Source of the DNA: Selaginella moellendorffii
Lineage: Eukaryota > Plantae > Lycopodiophyta
Assembly: GCF_000143415.4 (NCBI RefSeq)
Contig: NW_003314300.1
Span: 1,409,014 to 1,473,013 of the forward strand
Length of the DNA: 64,000 bases
Direction: 5' to 3'
The notes beneath the pieces were generated by a model. That model worked only from the letters and a program-made list of their open reading frames with translations, made no database searches and was not told the origin of the DNA. Positions 47,805 through 61,949 of this stretch are shown one piece after another. Position 1 is the first letter of the stretch, and each line of letters begins with the position of its first letter. A program made the position numbers and the translations under genes.

Positions 47805-50800
47805 ATGCCAATGGCGCCTAAGCAGAGAGGCGTGGCACTGGTGCGTTTGTCTGCAGAGGAAGAGAAGGCGCTCTCTCGGATCGTCGGTAATGTCGCCTCG
47901 AAATCAAGCTCCAGCGGCGGCGAGATCGTCGATAAGAAGCAGGCTGTGAAGAAGCTGAGGAAGATTTATGATAGTCTAGGGAATGAGGGATTCACTGCTG
48001 AGCAGATCGAGCTTGCTCTAGCCGCCATTCCGCTGGTAAGCTGAGAAAACTTTTCAATTTTTTCTGAAAATTTGTGACCTTTTCCAGAGCAACGTTACAT
48101 TGGAGACCGCATTGGATTGGCTTTGTCTTAATATTCACCCGAATGAGCTGCCTCTAAAGTTTAGTACCGGATTCTCTGTAGATGATAAAGGTCGAGCCTT
48201 TCAAATTTTCTTTGCCTTGTCGAGCTAAATGCGTTTTCTCCAGGGGGTTCTATCCAGGTTTTGGCATCATCTCAAGGCGATTCAAGTAAATCCTCCGAAA
48301 GCATCAGAGAAAAGAGCGATTTTACAGATCTCTTGCAACTTAATGCGAAGGAGAAGCGAAAAACCTCAGAGAACGATGCTGACAAAGATTGGATACGGCA
48401 ATATGTTGCTCAACAAGAGGAGGTACGTTAAGAGATCGTTTTTGTGAATGCGTTTAAGCTGTGACTTCAGGAGAAAGAAGACGACAGTCAGAGCGATCTT
48501 TCAGACTGGGAGGTACTTCTTGAGTGTTTTGCCTGTCTTTCTAATTGTTGAAAGAACAGGAGCGCGTGGATGGCAAGTTTTCCCGACATAGAGTAAGTGC
48601 TTTTTACGTGTAACAGCGTCTAATATATTTATCACGTAGAACGATCCACTTGATTCAGCAGAGAAAATTGCACTGGCATTTGTATCTGCAAAACAAGCTG
48701 CATCAGAAGCCAAGGCGAGAGGAGACAAGCAACGTCAGAGCGAGGCAGGGAAGACCATTAGAGATCTCAAGGAGAAAATGCTTTCACTTGGTATGAGGTT
48801 TTACGCACGAATACTGCTGACGATCTTCCTCTCAGGGCTAAATGAAGACGATTTAGTTTCTTCTGTGGAGGCTCGAACGGCTTCAAGTGATCAACCGATC
48901 GAGGATGAAGTGACTTCAGTTGGCCAACCGAGCGAGGATCAAGCGGCTGCAAGTGTTCAACCGAGCGAGGATCAAGTTGCTCCGATTGCTACTATTGATC
49001 AAGAAAGCTCGCTTGTGGACGCTGGCCGTGATTCTGAGAATAAGCAACAGCTGACGGAACATTCTGATGATAAAGCTGTGGAAGACGAGGAAAATCTAGG
49101 TGGAATGTTTGACGAAGAATCTGCGCAAGCTGTGAGCATTCCTCAGACGCTGCTCAAATTGCAAAAGAAAGAGGAGATCAAACCCTGGGGAATGAAAGAC
49201 TCCCGTGGTGACAAAAGCAAACGTAAAAAGGTAAGAACATACGTTCTCCTTTTTTTACTCACGGTGTTTCTCTGTTAAAGGCAGTTAATGAACCACAGAA
49301 ATTTCCACGAGCAATTCTTCAACAATATTGCCAGAAAAATGGATGGGAAGCTCCTAAGTTTGAAAAGCTTGCTGCTCAACAAGGTGCTTACAACTATGCG
49401 ATAACGGTATTCCGTCCAAGAGTGGGACGTGGAAAACAAAAGAAAGGCGGCGGTCCAGTAACGTTTAGTTTTCCAGACGCGGATCTTTTCAGCACAGTTT
49501 CGGTTTGTTTTTCACTTCTTCTCAGTAGACCTGCAACTATTTATGGTGTTCGCTGTCTCGTTCAGGAGGCACAAGATGCTGTGGCCACTTGGAGCTTGTT
49601 TTCATTATTTCCCGAAGCACCTATCTACCTTGAGTTGGTAGAACCTTTTCGATCAATGTGGCTACGTTGGCATGAGCAAGGTGCAAGTTTCTTATGTCCT
49701 TCCATTTCCGTGAATTATATCTACGTTTTATGTGCAGGGAAAATGGCAACGGAAGGCAGCACTGAAACTAGAGATGATTTTATCAGCTCTCTTCTTGAGT
49801 CTGAAAGACCAAGAGTTTCTCCTGACGAGGCTGTACGTACTCCGGAGAGCACTTCAAAACCTTTCCAACCGCCTGTCATCGTTCGTGAGCGCAAGAGTTT
49901 CAGGCAGACAAGTAAGTCCATGTTACCAAGAGGATCTGGCTAACGCGCGAGTCCTTGCAGATCATGACGCTGTCAGCAGTCATCTGAAGCTCATTCAGGA
50001 AAGAAAATTGAAAGACAAAAAATATCAGGTACAGGTAGCTGTTTATGTGCCTCAATGAAATTGGTTCTGTGGTGAAAGGCAATGCTGTCTGCGCGTCATT
50101 CACTACCTATAGCGTCAGTTAAAGAAACAATTCTCCAACACTTGGTTACGAGCAATGTTCTCGTAGTGAGCGGTGAAACGGGAAGTGGGAAAACCACTCA
50201 GGTAATGACTTCAATTTGTAAGATAAAGAGTTTATGCCTTTTTGGTACAGGTGCCACAGTACATCTTGGATGATATGATCGCTGCTGGTCACGGTAGCTC
50301 ATGTAAAATCATCTGCACACAACCTCGTCGAATTGCTGTAAGGTTTTGTGTTCTTGTTAAGCTATAGAGCTGATAAATGCGTTTGTGTTTGTTTACCAGG
50401 CTATTTCCGTTTCTGAACGAGTGGCAAGTGAGCGATGCGAGGCAGGACCCGGGGAAGCAGGAAGTACAGTGGGATATCAAGTTCGTCTGGATGCCTCATG
50501 GTAACTTTGTTTGATATGATTTCTGCTGGAACGACATGCCTTTCAGGACTGATGACACACGCCTTTTCTTTTGCACAACGGGTATATTGCTTCGGCGGCT
50601 TGCGGTAAGTCTGCGTCGTTCATGGGGAGTTTCTAACTCCGTTAAGAGTTCTAGAGTGACCCAGACCTTTGTGATGTTTCACACGTTGTTGTCGACGAGG
50701 TGCACGAACGGACGGTTTTGGTACGTGTCTTATGGAAGTTCCTCATTGTGATAGCTGTGTTTTGGTTTCAGGGTGATTTTTTAATCAGTCTGTTGCGAGA

Positions 50801-53800
50801 CTTAGTGGCAAAGAGAAACGAGGACAAAATGAACCCACTTAAAGTGATCCTTATGTTAGTGTACACTGCGTCATTAGAGACATTAACATTCTTTTTTCTC
50901 TTGATGCAGGTCTGCGACACTGGATGCTGACAGATTTTCTCAGTACTTTGGAGGTTGTCCTGTGGTGGTTGCCACAGGGCGCACTTATCCTGTGCAGACC
51001 TTCTACTTGGAGGATATATACGAGCAACTGGAATATCGTCTCTCATCTGATAATCCAGCAGCATTGCAGAATTATTCATCACATGATAAGGTTCATAAAA
51101 CAGTGTAAGCAGTGTTTGGCTAATCTTATTCTGCAGAGGGCCTCTCAAAATGTGGTTGACAAGAATAGAGGACGGCAAGATTTGGCCCGCATGGGATGGG
51201 GTGATGACCAGATACTTGAAAGCAGGCCGGTCAATCCCCTCTACGAAGAATCACTTTATCGCAAGTATTCCGAAAACACTCGGAAAAATCTGGTATGGTG
51301 TTTGTTCTCTCTATCTCTCTCTCTGATTTTACCTGCATTAGGCGAACGTCAATGAGGACGTGATTGATTATGAGCTTCTCGAAGATCTGATCATGCATAT
51401 AAATGAGACGGGAGATCCTGGTGCCCTTTTAGTGTTTCTTCCGGTGAGTCCACCTGGTTTCTTACCGTCTCTAATTTATTCTTTGTTGTTTTGATGATAG
51501 GGAATGCCTGAAATACTTCAGTTACTTGATCGTTTAATGGTACTGAAAACATTCAGTGGTCCTGCAGCAGAGTGGCTTTTGCCGTTGCATTCCTCGGTTG
51601 CTCCAGCAGACCAGCGAAAAGTTTTTCAAGTGCCTCCACGTGGAATTCGCAAAGTAAGAAACCGTTTTGTCCTGCAAGTTACCGTGTCATTCTAACAATT
51701 GCATTGTAGATTGTACTGGCCACGAATATTGCAGAAACAAGTGTGACAATTGAAGACGTTGTTCACGTCATAGATTGTGGAAAGCACAAAGAAAATCGTT
51801 TTGAACCCCGACGGGTAATACCTGGCACCAGTGATAAGTCTCATACTGATATAGCATTTGTAGAGAATGTCGCGCATGATGGAGGCCTGGATATCACAAG
51901 CAAATGCGCGGCAGCGCAGAGGACGAGCCGGACGAGTGAAAGCTGGGAACTGCTACTGTTTCTACACAGAGAGTCGTTTCGATAAACTTATGCGTCCATT
52001 TCAGGTAATGCAATTTTTCTTTGACCCTCTGTTATTTGATGCGAGCACTTCAGCTGCCGGAGATGCTCCGTGTTCCTTTGGTGGAACTCTGTTTGCAAAT
52101 CAAGCTTCTTTCTGTGGAAAACGTGGCTTCATTTCTTGAGAAGGTATGTGTCGTTCATTTACAGAACAACCTAATCTGGTGCCAACAGGCTTTGGATCCA
52201 CCCAAGACTGAAGCTGTCGAAAGTGCACTGTCCATTCTTCGTGAGGTAGACGAATGTCTCATATTTTTAAGCATGTATTGATCTGATACGCAGGTTGGAG
52301 CGCTCACCGAAGAAGAATATCTTACTCCACTAGGCAGTCATTTAGCAGCACTCCCGGTAGACGTACACATTGGCAAGGTAGCAGCACTGTTACGTCGTTT
52401 CTCACTGAACTAACTTTACTTCCATGTAGATGTTGCTGTATGGCGCACTCCTTGGCTGTCTAAGTCCAGTTTTAACCATAGCTGCTTATTTGAGTCACAA
52501 GTCACCTTTCGTCGCCCCTCTTGGTCAGGTAATCCATTCCACAAATCATTTGTATGCCAGCTGACCCCCTCCACGCACAGAGAGATGCTGCTGAACGAGC
52601 TAAACACGCATTTGGTGACTCAGCAGCGGAGAAAAGTACTATCGCGTCTGGTAGACAGTCTGATCACCTGGTCATTGTAGCGGCTTATGAAAACTGGAGA
52701 CGGCTGGTTACTCAGGTTTTAGCTTTCTAAATCTTCCTTTGTCTCATCAGACTTGCTTACAGGGAGGCGCAAGGGCTGCAAGACAGTTTTGTGATGCGAG
52801 CTTTTTAAGTATGCCCGTGCTAAACATGCTGAGGTAGCTCTAATCTTTTAAGAAAAATTGATAAACTACTGGCATCGTTTTGTGCAGGGAAATGCGACTG
52901 CAGTTTGCCAAGCTTCTGAAAGACATTGGCTTCATTTCCAAGGTTCCGGCTTTTCAAGTTTCTTATCATTGCAACTCGTTTTCTCAGGGCGATAACCGGG
53001 CTGCGGACATTGATAAGTGCCTGGACGAGATAAACCAGCCGTTCAACCAGAATGCTCAATCTGCATCAGTCATCAAGGTTCTAGTAGCACCATTTCTTTT
53101 TCCATAAGCTCTGGAAGTTTTTGGCAGGCTGTTCTTTGTGCGGGACTCTATCCCAATGTGGCAACGATGATGGAGGAAAGTGTCAAGGCGGGACACGCAA
53201 ACGCCCTCAATCAACGCGCTGGCCTGGCGTCGGAAAAGAATCCGCGGTGGACCGATGGCCGCCGTGAAGTCTACGTTCATCCTTCCTCCATAAACTCTAA
53301 AGTGAAAGAGTTTCAGCACCCGTTCTTGGTGTTCCACGAAAAGGCAAGTCCCTCCCCTTTTTTTTGTCCAATTTCTCCGTGACAAGATCACGCATTGCTT
53401 CTTCATTGCAGGTGGAAACAAGTAGAGTTTATTTGCGAGACACAACTGTTCTCTCTCCCTTTGCGCTTCTCCTCTTTGGTGGCTCCATCAAAGTCCAACA
53501 CCAGGTATTGCAGGGATGGAAATATTCGCATGTAATCTCTTACTGGGTTTAAATCACAGGTTGGATATGCGACTGTTGATGACTGGATGAAGATCGACGT
53601 TCCAGCGCGAACTGCTGTGCTCTTCAAAGAGCTGCGGTCTTCACTGGATTTGCTACTCAGCGAGCTGACCAAATCACCTCAGGAAAGAACCTTTTGATGC
53701 TTCTAGCTTTTTTCCACATTGTCCTTTTGATTCCTCTATCTTACGATCACTAGATCTCTTTCTTTGCAGGGATTGTCATCAGCTCGTGGAAAAGAAGTAG

Positions 53801-53841
53801 TAAACTCGGTGCTCAAACTTCTCGTTTTAGTGGAGCAGTGA
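47805..53841 (+). CDS. DExH-box RNA helicase (DHX29/DHX57-like, plant DExH4/7 type), many exons
   Basis: [46 protein letters not shown]2/OB-fold region with VHPSS; N-terminal ALDWLCLN and dsRBD-like exon. Confidence 0.93.
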
Positions 53842-54541
53842 TCAGGTTTAATTATAACTAAACTCGAATTATAAACAAAAGGAACAAAGTTTAGACCCTC
53901 CTTTTACCAGGTAGTTCTGAGATAGAAATATTCGCATGTAAGGGTTTAAATCCTGAGCTCTATCTTTATCCAGTCATCCAGGAAAGAACCTTTTGATGCT
54001 TCTTCTCCACAATCTTTTTTGGTTCCTCGACCATATCAATTAGCAGAATTGATTAATTAATTAATTACAGCTTAAATTTAAGATATTTTCTTAATTAGAG
54101 CCAGTTTGTATTCCCTTGTTTTTTTTAATCCTCCACCATGATTCCAGAATCGTCCGGACTATCTATGGCCCTTTTTTGGGCATACACAGTAACAATTATG
54201 CACTAATTTACATACCACTTTATTGAATAAAGTTTAATAGTATTACTCATATGAAATTTTTGATTATTATAATAATAATGGGAGAATAAAGTTCACTCCG
54301 CAATGTGTGGATAGGCTCTCCATCCTTCCAAATCGTCTGTGATATCAACATGTATATTTGCTGCAAGTGGTATGGGACCTCTAGGAAATGCTTTACTTTA
54401 GAAAGAGATTCCATCTTGTAGGGTTATATATTGTCAGGGACCTCCACATTTTCTCTGTCAATCGATTGAACCAATATAAAGACCAGACCATGGCGAAGCA
54501 ATTCACAAACGATTCTCCAACAGCCGACCTCATTTTTAAAC

Positions 54542-55209
54542 ATGGCTCTCTTCCTTCCTTCCTACATTGAGATCTACAACAACACGTCAGATGTCTACAT
54601 GGTCCAAGTGGAGGAAGACAAAATTTTCTTCAAATATGCCAAGTGGGTAGTAACAGCCTTTGCTGTGATCTCCACCATAGTTGCCACTGCTGGAGCAGCA
54701 TCTCCTTTGGTAGCCGTTCTAGTAGCAAATGGAGTTGTAGAAGTGGTTGGGCTCTCCACTGCAGCACTCCTTGCAATTACTTCAGCAGCTGCAACCATTT
54801 CTGGGATTTCATATGCTAGTACTGCAGCTGGTTGGGCATTGAGCACTGTCATCTTCTTCCAGGACAAGTTAAGAGATGAAGGCTACGTTAAGATTTTTCC
54901 AGGTATATTCTATTCCTTGCAATCAATCTAAGTACCTCACAAATGGACATTATTTTAGGTGAAAAACATAAGTTCCAGGTGATTGGGAATGGACCATTTG
55001 GCTGGAGGCAAGCCAGTTGTCGCAGGATCCGTGTCAACCCTTATAACAAAGAAGAGGTGGTCATGGACACAGTTTATATGAGGCCAATCTTTTCAGGGGC
55101 TTTGCCATTCACTACCCGTGAGCATAACATCCAATACTGGATTGATAAATGGGGGCACGAAGACTATACTGTAATGCGTTTAAGCCAGGAGAGTCGTAAA
55201 GCTATTTGA
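54542..55209 (+). CDS. Orphan ~200-aa protein with a long central Ala/Gly/Thr-rich hydrophobic hairpin (2 exons, intron 54903-54958)
   Basis: ORFs 54542-54931 and 54943-55209 join in frame via a GT-AG intron (..GYVKIFP/GEKHKF..MRPIFSGA..IQYWIDKWG). Confidence 0.75.
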
Positions 55210-56079
55210 TCGCCTGTGACCTCAGATGAAGAGTACTATTACTAGTATATTATTTATTATTTAGTAGTAACAGATAGAACATAACACTCACCGGCACGGC
55301 AGGAAGATCGACCCCACGCCCAGCCCAAGGGAAGAGGACAGTTGCATACTTGAATCATGCTCATGGGAGGTTGTGTAAGACCATTGTAAATAATATATGA
55401 ATGAATGAAGTAAGGGCAATATTCATTCATTAGCTGTTTACACGGTCTTCCAAAGAGCATGAAACTTCTCTCTTCATGATATGTTTGTGCCCAAGCTCCA
55501 CTCCCCATAAATCCAGAGCGAGAAGCAACTCCATTGCCACTTAATGGAAACTATTGTGGTGGAGCTGACACACAAGTCGCCCACATTCTTGCGAAGAAGC
55601 AGTCGTGGCCGCAAGACTCTATAGCATCATCGAGCAGGATCAATGCCAAGGCCAATCCGAGTGAACATATCGTAATCAACGGCACTGCCATCCTCTACTT
55701 CTTGACCATCACGAGCCGCACGAGCTCCTTTGCCACGTGGAGGCCCGCCGAGCCCAAAAAATTTACAGTATGAAGACGTGAACAAAAAAAATCCTAGAGC
55801 TCTCGGAGGTGAGCCTGGCTCACCCCTCACTTGGAGCACAATGCCAGCATTCGCATTTCTGGGACAACAAGATCACAGCGCGAAGCACAACAGCGCCACT
55901 GCTCGAACACAAATCTGGTGCCAATCTCAGGAGATTTCAGATCGCCGCAGCTTCAAAGGCTTCAAGAACAATGGAGTCTTCTCCCAATTCAGTCCCGCCT
56001 GGCTGTGTAGGGATCAATCCTATAGCTGAGCGCCGCAGCGAAACCAGCTGCAGCTCGCGGATTTGTTTTCATGTTTCCT

Positions 56080-59000
56080 TTGGTGCAGGTGATCTTGGAT
56101 GATATGATCGCTGCCGGTCAAGGTAGCTCATGTAAGATCGTCTGCACACAACCTCGTCGAATTGCTGTAAGGTTTTGGGTTCTTGTTAATCTACAGAACT
56201 CATAAATGCGTTCTTTTACGGGGAAGCAGATATCAAGTTCGTTTGGATGCTTCATGGTAACTTTGTTTGATATGAATTGGCCTGGAACGACATCCCTTTC
56301 AGGACTGATGACACACACTTTTTCTTCTGGCATATTGCTTCGGAGGCTTGCGGTACGTTTGCGTCGTTCATGGGGAATTCCTAAGCTTTCTTAGAGTGAC
56401 CCAGGTTGTTACGAACGGACGGTTTTGGTACGTGGATGTTCCTCATTGTTAAACCTGTGTGGGGTGATTTTTTAATCAGTCTGTTGCGAGACTTAGTGGC
56501 AAAGAGAAACAAGGACAAAATGAACCCACTTAAAAGTGATTCTTATGTTAGAGACATTTTCTAGTCCTGTGGTGGCTGCCACGGGCCGCACTTATCCTCT
56601 GCAGACCTTCTATTTGTCATCTAGCAGCATTGCAAAATTATTCATCACATGATAAGGTTCATAAAAACAATGTAAGCAGTGTTTGGCTAATCTTATTCTG
56701 CAGAGGGCCTCTCAAAATGTGTGACAAGAATAGAGGACGGCAAGATTGGGATGGGGTGATGAACAGATCAGTCAATCCTCTCTATAAAGAATCACTTTAT
56801 CGCAACTATTCTGAAAACACTCGGAAAAGTCTGGTATGGTGTTATCTCTCTCTCTCTGATTTTATCTGCATTAGGTCTAAAATTTCCTTTTCAAGATGCT
56901 TAGCACTGGGCATGTGGGTATTTTCTTTGTGCTTTCGACAATCTACTTGTTTCTGCAATTGTTTGTGGCCAATAATCTAGAATGACAGATGGTAACTTGC
57001 AGAACTGAAAGCCAATCACCATTGAGTGTTTTGGGTACCATTAAACGATCGAATAACTGAAGTATTTTAGGCATTCCCTATCATCAAAACAGCAAAGAAT
57101 GGTAAGAAACCAGGTGGACTTACCGGAAGAAACACTAAAAGGGCACCAGGATATCCCGTCTCATTTGTATGCATTATCAGATATTTGAGAAGCTCATGGA
57201 TATCACAAACAAATGTGCGGCAGCGCAGAGGACGAGCCGGACGAGTGAAAGTTGGGAACTGCTACTGTTTGTACACAGAGAATCGTTTCAATGAACTCAT
57301 GTGTTCATTTCAGGTGATGGAGTTTTTCTTTGACTCTGTTCTTTGATTCGAGTACTTCAGCTGCCGGAGATGCTCCGTGCTCCTTTGGTAGAACTCTGTT
57401 TGCAAATCAAGCTTCTTTCTGGTGGAGAACTTGAGAAGGTATGCGTCGTTGCTTTCACAGAAGAATCTTATGTAATGTCACAACAGGCGTTGGATCCATG
57501 CAAGACCGAAGCTGTGGAGAGTGCACTGTCCATTCTTCGCGAGGTACACAAATCTCTCATACTTTTAAGCATGTATGGAGCGCTCACACAAGAAGAATAT
57601 CTAGATATTCTTCTTCCGTGAGCATCTACATGGAAGTAACGTTATTTTCCATTAGGCAGTCATTTAGCAGCACTCCCAATGGACATACACATTGGCAAGC
57701 TAGCAACACTGCTAAACCGGTTGTTTCTCATTGAACTAACCTTACTTCCATGTAGATGATGATGTATGGTGCACGGCTCATTTCTCAGGGTTTAGCGTTC
57801 TACGTCTCCTCTTGCAGGGAGGAGCAAGGGCTGCAAGACAGTTTTGTGATGCGAGCTTTTTAAGTATGCCCGTGCTCAACTAGCTCGAATCGTTTAAGGA
57901 AAATTGATAAACTGGCATCGAAATGCGACTGTAGTTTGCCAAGCTTCTCAGAGACATTGGCTTCATTTCCAAGGTTCCAGCTTTCAACCTTTCTTTGCTT
58001 GCTTTCCAGCTTTCATGTCATGCCTAGACCTTGAGGTCACTGCTGTTAGCATGTTGGGCCAAGGACGAGCTTCTAATAGCACCATTTTCCTTCCATAAGC
58101 TCTAAATTTCTGGCAGGCTAACATTCTTCTGTGTGGCAACGATGATGGAGAAGAGTGTCACCAACGCCCTGAATCAACGGTGTGGCCTCGGAAAAGAATC
58201 CGCCAGAGTGAAAGAGTTTCAGCATTTCCTCGAAAAGGTAAAGTCCCTCTCCTTTTTCTCTGTGACAAGATCATGCATTGCTCCTCCATCGCAGGTGGAA
58301 AGAAGGTCGGTCTATTTGCGAGACCTCTCTCTTTGGGCTTCTCCTTTTCGGTTGCTCCATCAGGCTGTCTCTCTCCCAGTGTAACAATCATTGATATTGG
58401 ATGGAGCAAGTGAGGAGGAAGAAACACTATGGATGAAATGCAATAAAGTGATGATCACACAACAAGCCTTTTCCTGGTGTGATTTTACCAGCAAGACATT
58501 ACATGGATAAAATAGTGGTCTGAAGTTACACATTTAGGGCCTATGAATTCTACGTCCGATCATTGAGAGGAGCAAGAGATTGCACGAACTATTGCGGATT
58601 ATCAAATCTCCCCACATAGCCCGCCATAGCCACACGAAATTTGTGATGAAATTGGAAGGGCAGGCAAAAGAAAAGAACGTTTCGAATCACGATTGAAAGT
58701 ATGTTCATCTTTCGGGAACATGCCTTAAATTGCTTGGAAGAACTTGAAGGATTGGACTGCTCCCGGCGGTGCCTGGCTTCCCGTTCAGCCAGACTTGTGG
58801 GAGGGAATCAAGGGCGCTGAGGAGAAGCAGGAGGCCAAGGGGTGGTGGAGTGGGCATGGATTCGAGGACGGAGGGAGTTTTATAAGATCTGTAAGTTTCT
58901 GGCAGGCTGTTCTTTGCGGGATTCTATCCCAATGATGGAGGAAAGTGTCAAGGCGGGACATGCCAACAGGCGTCGAAAAAGAATCTGCAGTGGATCGATG

Positions 59001-59220
59001 CAGATTAAGTTCTGGGTTTACGTCAAGAGATAGACTCAAAGACTTGCAGAGATCACACATTGTTTCTTTATTGAGGTGGAGGTTTATTTGCGAGACACAA
59101 CTGTTCTCTCGCTTTGCACTTCTCTTCGGAGAGTCCAACACCAGGTATCAAGCTGAGATAGCATCTCTCCCATATTTTTCTTTTGATTCCTCTCTTTGCC
59201 TCTAACTAGATCTCTTCTTT
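56080..59220 (+). pseudogene. Fragmented tandem duplicate of the DExH helicase gene
   Basis: Colinear with 50245-53760 including intron sequence, with many deletions. Contains an inverted block (57040-57197 = reverse complement of 51370-51540) and a repeated terminal block (58880-59220). Confidence 0.92.
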
Positions 59221-60711
59221 AAAAGAATTTTGTGGAAAAAAGTAAACTCGTTTATTTAATAAGAAAATGTAAGATATTTTCTTTTACTTATCATTCATGC
59301 ACTAAAAAGATTGAGGCTAAAAAATTATAAATGAACAAACTTGTCTTTTGAGCGTTTATATAGTTATTATCCATTACTAGAAAGTTAATATTACAGTTAT
59401 TTTGAAATAATAATAGTAAAACTAAATGTGTAATAAAAGTCAAACTTTTAAAAAGTTAAAAATTTAGAAATAAAATATGTTATTATAGTAATGTGTGACG
59501 TACTATGGCTATGATGTTGTATACTATTATTAGTGTGTGGGATTTTAGTAGTCAATCTGATTGGTTTTAATTCAAATCACTCGCTTCTATATAATCAAAT
59601 ATGCAGATTTTTATATTTTATGCATTCACATTGGTGGAAATGAAAGGTAGTTCTGATTATCCTTGAAAAGTGCTTGGATTTATGTTTTTGGTTTAGATAT
59701 AACTTTTGCATCATTTAAATCTTTATTCTTTAAATAATTTTTCATTTTCTTCTCTTTTTTTTTACTTCTTATCATTTATTTTCATGGTAGAGTAATAGGT
59801 TCCTCCTCTTTTGATTCTAGAACATCAATTCATGCAATTTCTTAATGCTATAAAATTACAATTAAACAATCAAACTCAAATGATAGTGGCATTTATGGTG
59901 TGTGACGTAGCTCCTCCTACTTTTGTTACCAATCCTTGTATTTGGCTAGAATTGTTTTATTAGAATCCTTGGGATGATATATACCATAAATTTGATCATT
60001 TTACAATGATTACTACCTATCATTTTTAAAATGATATATAGTGTTTGCATGAGTTTCCCACATATCCCTAAAAAATAGCATTGTAGTGGTACAATAATTT
60101 GAGCATAGCAATTCATATGGATTGGAGCCTTTTTCTAGACATTTTTAAGTGTACATTTGGATATATTGATGATTACAATAATGCCTCTAACAATCGTATT
60201 ATTTTTGTCAAAAATTATTTGAGTTAATAATGCAATTTGATGTTCACTTCCAAGAGCCTTTTACTTCATGTGGAGTTATATATATTAGAGTACATCAAAT
60301 TAAAATTTATATGATCAATGCTTCATTAAGATCTTGTAAGACTCATACATGCACTAGCTCTAACCACCTTTAATGATGTTTTTTTATTGGCACAATGGTA
60401 TAAGGTATCACTATGTATTTTAACTCTATTTCTTGTGGGAAATGATCTTATTTCAATGGAAGTTGACATTACTACTGCCCATGTTCAAGGACAAGGCTAA
60501 GGACTTAGTTTTGGTTGTGATGTTCATTATTGAGTGTGTGATGAGGTTAGTTATATGTACCAATATAATTGATGTTTTCCAAGTTGGCATCCTCCATTTC
60601 ATAGATAAATTCATTACTATCAACAATGTCTTATTAGTGTTGTTGTAATAAAAGGTCTTGATATAAAGATTTTTCCAAAAACCAAGAGTAACATAAATAG
60701 TGGAAGAAAAG

Positions 60712-61370
60712 TGTAGCACACTCTATCTCTCTTCCCTTAAGCCAACTGGAAAAGGGGCAATTGCTTCATAAAAAAGCCCTTAGTGGCTATTTTATCCCCA
60801 TTTATCCCCCAAGGTTCCAAAGATCCACGGTGACAGTATTTCCAAATCTCATCCCATAATCACATGCATTACACTCACCCCCCCTTTAAAGATGTCAATG
60901 TCTTCATTGACAATTGACTAACAACCCCTACTAAGCTAAGGGGAACCAACACTTCCATTTCCACACTAAATCTATGAATCCTTCCATTATATAGATTAGC
61001 TATTCCATATGAGGCAACTAGTCATCCACCCATACCGCAGTCCCACAGTGGATACCTTCATTTGGGATGCCCCACAAGAGGAAGGACGTATACATGGATG
61101 CCCAATACGTATGATTTTCAAATTTAGGGGTAAGAATATACCATGTTCAAGGGTATATTATATTTTAGGTAGCCATTAATCAATGGGAATCAAACCTATG
61201 CCATTTTCTCTGATACTAATTGTAGCACATCTTATCTCTTTCCCTTTAAGCCAATTGGAAAAGGGGCAATTGCTTGATGAGAGAGCCTTTAGTGGCTATT
61301 ATCCCCCAAAGTTCCAAGGATCTACATTGACAGTATCTCCAAATCTCATCCCATGATCACATGCGCTATA
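60712..61370 (-). mobile_element. TRIM (miniature non-autonomous LTR element)
   Basis: ~150-160-bp direct repeats at 60712-60873 and 61221-61370 starting TGTAGCACA. PBS-like TAGTATCAGAG on the minus strand (61218-61208), PPT at 60874-60885, near-TSD AAAAG/AAAGG. Confidence 0.82.
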
Positions 61371-61949
61371 AAAGGTGAAGAAGTATGAAATAAGGGGGAG
61401 AAAAATTTAAATTTATATTTAACATAATTATATTACAACTAATCTATACTAAGGATGGTCAAAAGTTTGACTTGGTACCCCTTGCAATAATGAAGCCTTG
61501 AGATGGCCTACAAGGATAACTAAGTTTGTTTTGTACCGTACATATAGATAGGTACAACTATTTCTATAGAAAATGAAAACTAGCTTTGCCACATGACGTA
61601 AATAGAGATGTCAATGTGGCAAAAAATTGAGCAATAGAAGATAAACTTAAGCTTGTATTAACTAATATAGAGAAAATAATGTGAAACCTTTTATTATAAA
61701 AATGTGTTTGGAAAGTAAATATTTGATGAACTGATGCTAAGTGAACCCCTTAATAGTACTTCTGAAAAAAGGATTGAAGGGTTATTAACTTATTTGCACA
61801 AAGATCCACTATTCCTTTCACTTTTGTTTTATTTCTATGCTTTAACTCTACTTCCATCACTTTTATCTCGTTATTACTTGTTAATATGCTTCTTTCTAGC
61901 TCTTCTATTCACACTTCAAATCCCTTAAACAGTCTTTACATTGTAAAAT

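Noticed and set aside
55500-56070. GC-richer stretch with short ORFs
   Set aside because: Possibly a gene fragment, but no family could be recognised.
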